Source: Methanobacteriota archaeon
Lineage (GTDB): Archaea > Thermoplasmatota > Poseidoniia > Poseidoniales > Poseidoniaceae
Assembly: GCA_002706065.1 (NCBI GenBank)
Contig: PAJM01000017.1
Coordinates: 77,044 to 141,043 of the forward strand
Length of the DNA stretch: 64,000 nucleotides
Direction: 5' to 3'
The notes below the pieces were generated by a model. That model did no database searches, was not told where the DNA came from, and saw only the letters and a list, made by a program, of their open reading frames with translations. A program made the translations under genes and the position numbers. This document shows, piece by piece, positions 35,584 to 43,850 of this stretch; position 1 is the first letter of the stretch, and each line of letters opens with the position of its first letter.

Positions 35584-37321
35584 GTTGCAAGTCTGTTAAT
35601 TCTCGTAAAGCGAGCATTGCAGGACCGTCAGGTATGCGATCTAAGCAAGCGTGAGCACGCTGATGGTATTCATTCGCCTTGGCACGTGCGTACTCAATCG
35701 ATCCTAATTCTTCAAGAGCTTTGATTCCATCCTGAATCATTTCCTCAGTAGCCTCTTCACACGTACCCAATACTGACATCAATCGAGACTTGGGTTCAGA
35801 GTCGGGTTGTTCAAGCGCATGAATTACCATCAGGGTTTGCTTTCCTTGAGCTACATCAGATCCTGTTGGTTTTCCTAAGGTTGCTGAATCTGAGAGCACA
35901 TCAATCAAATCATCCATCAGTTGGAAGCAAAGACCAACGGATCGGCCCCATTCAGCCAGACATTCTATGGTCTCGTCATCTGCTCCAGCAACACGCGCAC
36001 CCAACTCAGCACAAATGTGGAACATAACTGCTGTTTTCCCTTCAATCATCTCCAAGTATTCGTCTTCTGTTACCCGTTCTCGGCGTTCAAATTCAATGTC
36101 CAATTGTTGGCCTTCAGAGACACGTCGAACCATCCATGCGATTCGATTCACGAGTGAAGGTATGTCCTGCAAGTCAATGTTTGCTGACATGACCAATCGT
36201 TCAAAGGCGATTGCAAGCATCGCATCTCCAGCATTGATTGCAGTTGGCAGATCGTATTCGATGTGAACTGCATTTCGACCTCTTCGTATCTCATCATCGT
36301 CCATGATGTCGTCGTGGACGAGGGTAAAGTTGTGGATGGTTTCGATCGCAGCTCCAATATCCAAAAGCCCAGAATGCGTATCACCTACTGCACGACCAAC
36401 CAACCAAGGCAGGGTCGCACGCATTCGTTTCCCACCACCGTGGATAAGATGCATCATCGCACCTGCCAACCTTTCATGCCTTGATGCTGTCAGACTCTCG
36501 ACGATACGTCGCTCAATAAAGGGTCGAACTTCCTTAATGCTGGTCATCAAATCAGCACCTTCGGCATTTGGAAGCATGTGCGTGACGTCGCCCATGTCGT
36601 GAATCAAGCCATCCTGGAGTGCTTCACATGCTGCTTTGTCCCCAATTGCATTCCACCAATCAGAATTCATCAAAACTGCAGCGATACAACGGAACCACGG
36701 GGCGATAATGTTGTCAGGGTCTTCTGCGACTAGCATTTCATCCAGTTCGTCAACATCAACCCAGCGTATTGCCGAAACTTCATTTTCATTCGGATTTAAT
36801 TCAACATCAGCCTGAATCATCAAGATGTGATCGATTTCTCGTTCAATCCAATCTGCATTCATTCGAGCGGAGTACCGCATTTTTGTGATGAAATGAAAAT
36901 CATCGAAGTTGAGCGATGAGGGTGAAATCCCAAGTTCTTGATCGAGCTTTCGAATCGCTGCAAGCTTGACTCCTCTCGCATTGGTTTCATCCATCTCATC
37001 ATCACTTGCCAACGGGTGAGAACAACAGGAGTTTGCCCAGACACTTGGAAAGGTAATTTTGTCGTGTGCACGTTGCTGCAGAAGGAGTTTCCCTTCAGAG
37101 TTAAACAGCAACACGCTGAATGCACGGTGCAATTCTCCGGCCTGGTAATGACTGTCCGCCTTACTGATCGGACCAACGACGACATCGTTTTCATCGACTT
37201 GCAACACCGCTTCAGCCATCATAGCGGCTTGCGTAGAATCAGAAGACTGAGCGGTCAAGAATTCCGAAACATCGGTATCGATGTCCGCTTTGGGAACATC
37301 TCCGCTTGCATAGTTCGACAT
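35567..37321 (-). CDS. idi-idsA: Fusion protein: type-1 isopentenyl-diphosphate delta-isomerase (N-terminal) plus geranylgeranyl/polyprenyl diphosphate synthase (C-terminal)
   Basis: IDI1 blocks 'LHRAFSVLLFNSEGKLLLQQRAHDKITFPSVWANSCCSHPL', 'WIEREIDHIL' and 'APWF'. These are followed by prenyl synthase blocks 'GGGKRMRA', FARM 'LVHDDIMDDDEIRRGR' and SARM 'FQLMDDLIDV'. It is a single uninterrupted 584-aa ORF. Confidence 0.9.
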   Translation of the reverse strand: MSNYASGDVPKADIDTDVSEFLTAQSSDSTQAAMMAEAVLQVDENDVVVGPISKADSHYQAGELHRAFSVLLFNSEGKLLLQQRAHDKITFPSVWANSCCSHPLASDDEMDETNARGVKLAAIRKLDQELGISPSSLNFDDFHFITKMRYSARMNADWIEREIDHILMIQADVELNPNENEVSAIRWVDVDELDEMLVAEDPDNIIAPWFRCIAAVLMNSDWWNAIGDKAACEALQDGLIHDMGDVTHMLPNAEGADLMTSIKEVRPFIERRIVESLTASRHERLAGAMMHLIHGGGKRMRATLPWLVGRAVGDTHSGLLDIGAAIETIHNFTLVHDDIMDDDEIRRGRNAVHIEYDLPTAINAGDAMLAIAFERLVMSANIDLQDIPSLVNRIAWMVRRVSEGQQLDIEFERRERVTEDEYLEMIEGKTAVMFHICAELGARVAGADDETIECLAEWGRSVGLCFQLMDDLIDVLSDSATLGKPTGSDVAQGKQTLMVIHALEQPDSEPKSRLMSVLGTCEEATEEMIQDGIKALEELGSIEYARAKANEYHQRAHACLDRIPDGPAMLALRELTDLQLKRLC

Positions 37322-37388
37322 ATGAGCCCCAATCTTCCTTTCAATCGGCGCTACATAGACAGTTCGCCTCTGTTTGACGAGATTTCTG

Positions 37389-37634
37389 CTACTTGCGACG
37401 AATGGACCAATTCTTCCGACCTAATCCCTCAAGGGCAACTCCGGTCATGGCACCCCACACGATTGGTTCATCGATTTTGAAGTACATCAATGGAAGCATA
37501 ACAAGAAAAGCGATAATCCAATGATGGAGCCAAATCGAACTTGTTCGAATGTGAAATTTGATGTTTTCAGTCATCAGCCGGGCAAAAGAAAAAGCACAAA
37601 CAAGTCCAAGTGAATAAAATCCAAAATCCATTGC
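37389..37634 (-). CDS. Small membrane protein (hypothetical)
   Basis: ORF 37389..37748. I chose the start at ATG 37634 ('MDFGFYSLGL...'), 7 nt after the IPK stop, to avoid a 107-nt overlap. It has 2-3 hydrophobic helices. Confidence 0.4.
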   Translation of the reverse strand, partial: AMDFGFYSLGLVCAFSFARLMTENIKFHIRTSSIWLHHWIIAFLVMLPLMYFKIDEPIVWGAMTGVALEGLGRKNWSIRRK

Positions 37635-37641
37635 ACCAACC

Positions 37642-38457
37642 TCACGGTAAAATCGTCGTACCTCTCCATGATTGTAGGCGTACAATTGCGGCAATTCGAT
37701 CCGGATGTTCCCCATTGATGAGGTGGACGCCAATTCCTGATTGGGCAACCAAATGACCCCTGTTGATCTTCAAACCAATTCCGCCAGTCACATCAATGTC
37801 CGATTGATGTAGACCTTGATATTCAACATCAGGGGACCACTCAGCAATCAAATCCAACTCCGTAGCTTCCGATGGAGGAACTCTTAGCAAACCATCGACA
37901 CCACCCATTGCGAAGATAAGGGATTCGACATGCGGTACTTCTAACGAAATTCTTGCAACAAGATCGTCTCCGGACAGAATCCCGAACACCCGTTCATCAT
38001 CCACATCGACAACATCGCCAAAAGTAACGTGAACGGTTGCTGGGTCTGTTGTTAGGAAACGGTCCACTGAACCTGAAAAACGTGGACCGAGATTTGTGGC
38101 CCACGTGTGAGGGGGATGTGAACACACCTTCAATCCGAAACTCTCCAGTTCGGCCACGACAATGGAATTCAGTTCCAGCATATCTTGTCGAACCTCTGCA
38201 ACAGCCTCGACTTGAGAACGACATGCATCACCAACAATATGAAGATCAGCGATCAGACCTTCGTTCAAACGCCATCGTTTTGCTTTAAGATGTCCAAAAG
38301 AGCCAGCACCGTGTACGATAATGACGTGAATGTTCTCTTCAGTTAGTGAGTGAACAACCGAACAAAGATTGCGAATAATCTCGGTATGAGCGACGGATTG
38401 TTCATCCTTTTTTGTTATGAGAGCACCTCCAAATTTGACAACGATGCGTCTCACCAT
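37642..38457 (-). CDS. ipk: Isopentenyl phosphate kinase
   Basis: Amino-acid-kinase fold 'VVKFGGALITKK' and 'VIIVHGAGSFGH' (the IPK His motif). The start is probably ATG 38457 ('MVRRIVVKFGG'). The ORF extends to 38511. Confidence 0.85.
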   Translation of the reverse strand: MVRRIVVKFGGALITKKDEQSVAHTEIIRNLCSVVHSLTEENIHVIIVHGAGSFGHLKAKRWRLNEGLIADLHIVGDACRSQVEAVAEVRQDMLELNSIVVAELESFGLKVCSHPPHTWATNLGPRFSGSVDRFLTTDPATVHVTFGDVVDVDDERVFGILSGDDLVARISLEVPHVESLIFAMGGVDGLLRVPPSEATELDLIAEWSPDVEYQGLHQSDIDVTGGIGLKINRGHLVAQSGIGVHLINGEHPDRIAAIVRLQSWRGTTILP

Positions 38458-38520
38458 GAGACGCCTAAGAATCTGACCTTCATGAGTATGTCTACAAAAC
38501 ACAGGATTCAATAATCTGCG

Positions 38521-38877
38521 ATGTTTGACAGCAGTATGACCGATGAGGGCCCAAGCCTAGACTCCTTTCTCCGACACCTCCAAACAGAGGTTGAAGCAGC
38601 CAATGAAATCGTAGACAAACTCGAACGTAACGATCGTTTATTGCAATTGGAGTCATCGATTCAGGAAGCGATTATCTTTGCCAACCGGTACAAGGAACTC
38701 CAGAATCAAGGCGTTGACCCGCTCCTACTTGTTGACCGTAAAGTGCAACAAGAACGTCCTGCGCCTCCAGCAACAAAGGGTCAATCCATTCTTCTCGGCT
38801 CTTCGACATGCGCAGTATGCGGCAAGTTGATGGAAAGCGATCTTGACTTCTGTCCATCATGTGGAGCAAAGAAGTAA
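38521..38877 (+). CDS. Coiled-coil protein with C-terminal zinc ribbon (hypothetical)
   Basis: C-terminal 'CAVCGKLMESDLDFCPSCG'. The alternative start ATG 38536 would fit a leaderless transcript from the AT-rich 'TTCAATAATC' at 38503-38512. Confidence 0.5.
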   Translation: MFDSSMTDEGPSLDSFLRHLQTEVEAANEIVDKLERNDRLLQLESSIQEAIIFANRYKELQNQGVDPLLLVDRKVQQERPAPPATKGQSILLGSSTCAVCGKLMESDLDFCPSCGAKK

Positions 38878-39585
38878 TCACTCTTCTTCTTCACGTGCCC
38901 ATCGAGCAACGGCGTCCATAATGAGAGGGTCATCGTCACCAACACGATAGAGGTACTCGGGTGGTACCTCGTCAGTCAAGAAGACCGTCTTACCAGCACG
39001 GTATATTGTGTGACCGTCGGCAACCGCACGAACGGTGTCGACTTCGATGATTGCGGGACGATCGATACGAACGTGACCTGCCTCCAACGCATTAGTAATG
39101 GTCTTTGAAAGGTGAATGTGATTGCGAGTACCTGATGTAATACCAAGTTGAACAATAGCATCAGCTTCACCAGGTTCGCATGGCCAATACAATGCTTCAG
39201 GAATGTCATCGGTTGGAAGATCAAGTTCAATTTCAATCGAATGACCATACGTCGCCCGAATCATTTCACCTTCGACTTGGTATCGTCCTTTTTCATCTGC
39301 GTTGGCAATGGCCTCAAAGTGCCATCCGCGAAGCCAATGATAATGGCGACGTTGGCTTGAAATCGAATTGGCCAAGTCTCGAGTACTGACCCATCCATTG
39401 ATGTCCATTTCGACGTTGAATTTCTCAGGCGCATGTCGAAGGACCAAAGCAAGCATTCGACCAAGACTACCCGCTTCTCTATCGCTCATGATGAATTTGC
39501 CCTCTTCATTGCATACAGGACAATTCGTACCTGCAAAATGGCCGTTGTTCATTGAACAGTCTCTTTTTCTACACTGACGGAGCAT
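38878..39585 (-). CDS. kptA: RNA 2'-phosphotransferase Tpt1/KptA with N-terminal zinc ribbon
   Basis: 'LGRMLALVLRHAPEKFNVEMDINGWV', 'RYQVEGEMIRATYGHS', 'HLS' blocks, and N-terminal 'CRKRDC...CPVC'. I chose ATG 39585. The ORF extends to a TTG at 39642. Confidence 0.8.
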   Translation of the reverse strand: MLRQCRKRDCSMNNGHFAGTNCPVCNEEGKFIMSDREAGSLGRMLALVLRHAPEKFNVEMDINGWVSTRDLANSISSQRRHYHWLRGWHFEAIANADEKGRYQVEGEMIRATYGHSIEIELDLPTDDIPEALYWPCEPGEADAIVQLGITSGTRNHIHLSKTITNALEAGHVRIDRPAIIEVDTVRAVADGHTIYRAGKTVFLTDEVPPEYLYRVGDDDPLIMDAVARWAREEEE

Positions 39586-39635
39586 GTTCCGACCCTGCCG
39601 CCTCTCATTGATGAACCCTACGGGTCTTTTCCACC

Positions 39636-39667
39636 GACTCAATCAAATGCTTGATTCAATTGGAGTC
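39636..39667. promoter_or_regulatory. Composite inverted repeat immediately upstream of the thiolase start
   Basis: GACTC-AATCAA-ATGC-TTGATT-CAATTG-GAGTC: the inner 6-bp arms are perfect, and the outer 5-bp arms are separated by a 6-nt bulge. It ends 4 nt before ATG 39671. Confidence 0.25.
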
Positions 39668-39670
39668 AAC

Positions 39671-40840
39671 ATGGTCGATGTTGCAATGGTCGGTGCTGGC
39701 CAAACAAAATTTGGCAACCATCCACTTGGTCTCAAAGGTATGTGGTCAGAAGCCATTGAACAGGCAATATCGTCAGTCGATCATGGAATTCAAACCACTG
39801 ATGTTGATGAAGCATTCATCGGCAGCATCGCTTTTGGAGGCTCCCAATTGGGCAATACAGCTGCGCTACTCACAGAGCACTCAGGAATGGAAGGTGTAAG
39901 CGTACGTCGCGTTGAAAATGCCTGCGCATCCTCTGGGTTTGCTCTACGAGATGCTTGGATGGCAATCAAGAGTGGTCAAGCCGATGTTGTCATCGCCGGC
40001 GGAATTGAAAAAATGAATGACCTTTCTACCTCAAGAAAGCGATACTGGTTGGGTGTATCAGGCGATACTGAATGGGAACGATTAGCTGGGTTAACATTTC
40101 CAGGAACCTACGCTCTGACCGCACGGCGTTATTTTCATGAATTTGACTCGAATCATGATGACCTCGTCCATGTCTCGGTCAAGAACCACATGCATGGATT
40201 TGAAAATGAGGTTGCTCACTTGAGGAAACAAGTCTCCTTCGAGAAAGCACAATCCGGATTTATGGTTGCAGACCCACTCACCCTCTACGATTGTTGTCCA
40301 ACTTCAGACGGTGCATCGGCTGTTGTTTTGGTTGCAGACCACTTAGCACACAAATTCACAGACACCCCTGTTTGGGTCAAAGGTTCCGGGGCCGGTTCAG
40401 ACCACCTTGCTCTGCATGATCGCCCCAGCATTACACAACTTCGGGCGACACAGGCCGCTGCGAAACGGGCTTATGCAACAGCAGGAATCTCTGCCAACGA
40501 CGTAGACTTAGCTGAAGTCCATGACTGCTTTACCATTGCAGAGGTTCTGGCCACGGAAGACCTAGGATTTGCATCCCGCGGAGAAGGCGGTCGCTTCGCT
40601 CGCGAAGGGGAGGGGCGACGTAATGAAGGACATGTTACCATCAATGCTAGTGGGGGACTCAAATCGAAAGGTCATCCTCTTGGTGCTACGGGAACCGGTC
40701 AGGCCGTTGAGATATTCAAGCAACTTCGAAATCAAGCTGAACCTGCTCGGCAGGTGAGGGATGCTGAATTGGGGCTGACACACAACGTTGGAGGATCAGG
40801 AGCGACCTGTGCAGTTCACATCTTTGGGAGAGATCGATAA
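39671..40840 (+). CDS. Acetyl-CoA C-acetyltransferase (archaeal thiolase, SCP-x type)
   Basis: 'VAMVGAGQTKFG', catalytic-Cys region 'RVENACASSGFAL', 'EVHDCFT', 'NVGGSGA'. ATG 39671 gives a typical N-terminus. Confidence 0.9.
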   Translation: MVDVAMVGAGQTKFGNHPLGLKGMWSEAIEQAISSVDHGIQTTDVDEAFIGSIAFGGSQLGNTAALLTEHSGMEGVSVRRVENACASSGFALRDAWMAIKSGQADVVIAGGIEKMNDLSTSRKRYWLGVSGDTEWERLAGLTFPGTYALTARRYFHEFDSNHDDLVHVSVKNHMHGFENEVAHLRKQVSFEKAQSGFMVADPLTLYDCCPTSDGASAVVLVADHLAHKFTDTPVWVKGSGAGSDHLALHDRPSITQLRATQAAAKRAYATAGISANDVDLAEVHDCFTIAEVLATEDLGFASRGEGGRFAREGEGRRNEGHVTINASGGLKSKGHPLGATGTGQAVEIFKQLRNQAEPARQVRDAELGLTHNVGGSGATCAVHIFGRDR

Positions 40841-41643
40841 TGGACATTCAACGAATCTCGAACCAAGACGGTCATTTTGCTTGCAGCAAGTACGGCCAAC
40901 AATGGGCAGGACCAGACGGGGATCGACTCACACTTGCGCTTGCTCTGTTGAAGCAATTGTCTGCAGAAACCATTGCATTGAATTCGTTCGCAGACCATCT
41001 TGAATATACGCCGAGTGTCAGCATAGACGAAATCATCCAACTAAGCACGGGCTGGATTATTGATGAGGATGCTTCGCTACAGTTGCATGCCCACAGGAAA
41101 GGATTCGTTGTTGCAATAACGGAATCAAAAGAAGAACCACGCTGGCCTGATTTTGATACAACAGAAATCCCTGTCGAAACACAGAACGAATTGAACGAAC
41201 AATGGAATGCTGAGGTTTCAGGCGTGAGTCAAGGAGCATATGTTTCTCAAGCACAGCACGTGCTCGCATCATCATCTCGACTTGGCCTGATGGCTCAGGT
41301 AAATCAAGAGAAATTGGTATGGCCTCCACGCCAGCTCAATTCCAGTGGTCAACGGATTGATTCACCTACAGTACAACTCTCTGAGACTGCAACCATCCTT
41401 ACGTGGACGAGATTAAGCGCTGCAGGTGCACCATCCGAATTCTCAGGACGTGCTCCAGTTCTCGACGGAGTAGGAACTGTCCTTGTCGCCTTTGATGAAG
41501 GACCAAAGGGTGTGTTTATGCTTGCCGACGATGAAAACGGCGTTCCTGAAATCGATGGAACCGTGCGATTTGAAATCCGTCGACTGTATGGGCAGGATGG
41601 TGTGATTCACTATGGATTAAAGGCAATTCTTACCAAATCCTAA
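40840..41643 (+). CDS. DUF35-like OB-fold protein with ~130-aa N-terminal extension and no zinc-ribbon cysteines
   Basis: The start overlaps the thiolase stop (TAATG). C-terminal OB-fold-like 'ATILTWTRL...GTVLVAFDEGPKGVFMLADD...GTVRFEIRRL'. The 'VWPPRQL' segment lies where DUF35 normally has CxxC..PPR..CxxC. Confidence 0.65.
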   Translation: MDIQRISNQDGHFACSKYGQQWAGPDGDRLTLALALLKQLSAETIALNSFADHLEYTPSVSIDEIIQLSTGWIIDEDASLQLHAHRKGFVVAITESKEEPRWPDFDTTEIPVETQNELNEQWNAEVSGVSQGAYVSQAQHVLASSSRLGLMAQVNQEKLVWPPRQLNSSGQRIDSPTVQLSETATILTWTRLSAAGAPSEFSGRAPVLDGVGTVLVAFDEGPKGVFMLADDENGVPEIDGTVRFEIRRLYGQDGVIHYGLKAILTKS

Positions 41644-41690
41644 ACGCGTGGATAGAAGCCTTCATAGAAAGTCTGTACCGTGGAACAATC

Positions 41691-42707
41691 ATGGCTGGGT
41701 TCGGTGGCATTCGCAAAGGAAGGAAAGAAGCGGCTGACAATCTCAGCATCCAAGATGAAGGCGATTGCCCACGATGTGGTGGTGAGAGTCAACCATCGAC
41801 GATGGAAGGCTATCTGATGTGTTCACGATGTTCGTACGAATGGGCTGATCCAAATTATGTTTCAAAAAAGGTGAGGGGACCTCCTCCCAACCATAGAAGA
41901 GATTCTGAATTGATTCAAGAATTCAGAGACGAGATGGAGCGTGGCGACCTCAAAGGTGTTCTTGGTTTTGATTCCAATCTCTCGGATGAACAGGAACAGT
42001 CTCTGAAGCGTCTTGAAGACAAGTGGATGAGTGGCATGCAGGGCCACTACAATGCCGCTTCTGAAGACCGCAAGCCACTGATGATTAGTTTTGATGATGA
42101 TGATAACCTTGTTTCGACTGAAGTCGCAGCGTTAACAATCGTATCGAATGGATTTGATGGTGGGGAGGAAATCCGACTCGAGTATCCAGGTATCGGTACT
42201 GAATTTTATGCGTACAACGAACGCAGTCCCACGGGTTGGAAACGTGGAAGGAGCAGCGAAGAAACCGCACGCTCAATTACAAATGTCATCAACAGATCCT
42301 CTCGTCTTGTCTATGCAAACCTACAAGGAAACCGAATTTCATTTGAATTAAGAGATGACAAACTGAAACCAGAATCATTGGTCCTCTTTGTTGATGACCC
42401 AGGTGGCCAAGACATTGTCGCTGAGAAAGGTGGAGTCATTCTCGATTTCCGTGACATCAATGTTCTTGACGATTACAAAAATGTGATTGCGCTTGTGCTC
42501 GAGGATGGAATCATCTCTCCAAGTGAAGACCAAATGATGTGGGTCATGCGTCAACAACTCGGTATCACGGAGGAACAGCATGTTGCTCTGGTTCAGGAAA
42601 TCTTCGGGGAAAACGCCCTCAAGGAATGCCCAAATTGCAATCAGATGGCAGAACTTTATCCTGAGTACTCTGCGTGGTATTGTCAACCATGTGAAAGTTG
42701 GGTATGA
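41691..42707 (+). CDS. Hypothetical protein with N- and C-terminal zinc ribbons
   Basis: 'CPRCGG...CSRCSYEW' at the N-terminus and 'CPNCNQMAELYPEYSAWYCQPCESW' at the C-terminus. 338 aa. Confidence 0.6.
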   Translation: MAGFGGIRKGRKEAADNLSIQDEGDCPRCGGESQPSTMEGYLMCSRCSYEWADPNYVSKKVRGPPPNHRRDSELIQEFRDEMERGDLKGVLGFDSNLSDEQEQSLKRLEDKWMSGMQGHYNAASEDRKPLMISFDDDDNLVSTEVAALTIVSNGFDGGEEIRLEYPGIGTEFYAYNERSPTGWKRGRSSEETARSITNVINRSSRLVYANLQGNRISFELRDDKLKPESLVLFVDDPGGQDIVAEKGGVILDFRDINVLDDYKNVIALVLEDGIISPSEDQMMWVMRQQLGITEEQHVALVQEIFGENALKECPNCNQMAELYPEYSAWYCQPCESWV

Positions 42708-42803
42708 GCACTGTTCTATAGAATAAATCTGATGCAATTAATCGCTGTATTGTGGCGAACGTGGACGAGGGATGCTTCATAAGGTGGACGGTATTCCGTC
42801 AAA

Positions 42804-43841
42804 ATGGCGAACGCTATGGCAGAAGATGTATTGTATATTGGAATTGATTTGGGAACTTTTCGCTCAGTCATGGTCTCCTCTGGAAACCACGAAGAAGAAG
42901 AACTCACCGTAATTGGAACACCGAAAGACCCAATCGCTCGAAACTTCCTCAAGAGGGATGTTCTCTTCGGAGAGGATGCCCTCAAGAACCGATTGGCGCT
43001 TAATTTGTTCCGACCTCTCGAGCTTGGTGTCATCAAGGATACTCAAGAGGATCGCCAATTTATCGCTCACTTCATCACTCACCTGATTGGTCTCTCGGAC
43101 CCTGAAGAGCACGACCGTGTCGTTGCTGTTATCGGTGCACCTGCTGAAGCGAGCCACGTTGACAAAACTGCAATTTTCGACGCTGCTGCTGGAAGCGTCA
43201 ATGCTGCCATGATCATTTCAGAGCCGTTTGCAGTTGCATACGCACTCGACATGATTGAGCACACACTCGTTATTGACATCGGTGCAGGAACAACTGACCT
43301 TTGCCGTGTCTACGGTACAATCCCAGGACCGGGTGACCAAATGCACACCGGATACGCTGGCGATTATGTCGATGCTCAAATCATCAAGGAAGTTCAATCC
43401 AAGTACAACGGTGCACAAATCACCAAGGACATGGCTCGTAGGTGGAAGGAGCAGTATTCCTTTGTCTCCACATCAACTCCAGATGATCCAATTATGGTCG
43501 ACTTCTCCATTGAAGGTAAGGCCATGAACCTCGACATCACAGATTGCGTACAGCGAGCATGCGAGTCCATTGTTGACCCGATCGTTGAGAACGTCAAGCA
43601 ACTCATCGCAGATTCAAACCCTGAATACCACGACCAATTCCGCCGAAACATGGTTCTTGCAGGCGGCGGTTCTGGAATCCGTGGACTTGGCGCACTTATC
43701 GAACGCCGACTTTCCGACATGGGTGACGTGAACGTTCACGTCGTTGATGACCCAGTCCGCCTCGGTGCAATGGGCGGTCTGCGTTTGGCTATGGAAGTTC
43801 CAGAAGACATGTGGAAGAACCTCACCCTTGCATCTCGATGA
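42804..43841 (+). CDS. Actin-fold cytoskeletal ATPase, MamK/MreB-like
   Basis: Actin/Hsp70 phosphate-1 'IGIDLGTFRS', 'VAVIGAPAEAS', 'ISEPFAVAYAL', phosphate-2 'LVIDIGAGTTDL', adenosine 'MVLAGGGSGIRGL'. 345 aa. Confidence 0.85.
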   Translation: MANAMAEDVLYIGIDLGTFRSVMVSSGNHEEEELTVIGTPKDPIARNFLKRDVLFGEDALKNRLALNLFRPLELGVIKDTQEDRQFIAHFITHLIGLSDPEEHDRVVAVIGAPAEASHVDKTAIFDAAAGSVNAAMIISEPFAVAYALDMIEHTLVIDIGAGTTDLCRVYGTIPGPGDQMHTGYAGDYVDAQIIKEVQSKYNGAQITKDMARRWKEQYSFVSTSTPDDPIMVDFSIEGKAMNLDITDCVQRACESIVDPIVENVKQLIADSNPEYHDQFRRNMVLAGGGSGIRGLGALIERRLSDMGDVNVHVVDDPVRLGAMGGLRLAMEVPEDMWKNLTLASR

Positions 43842-43850
43842 GTTGTTACC

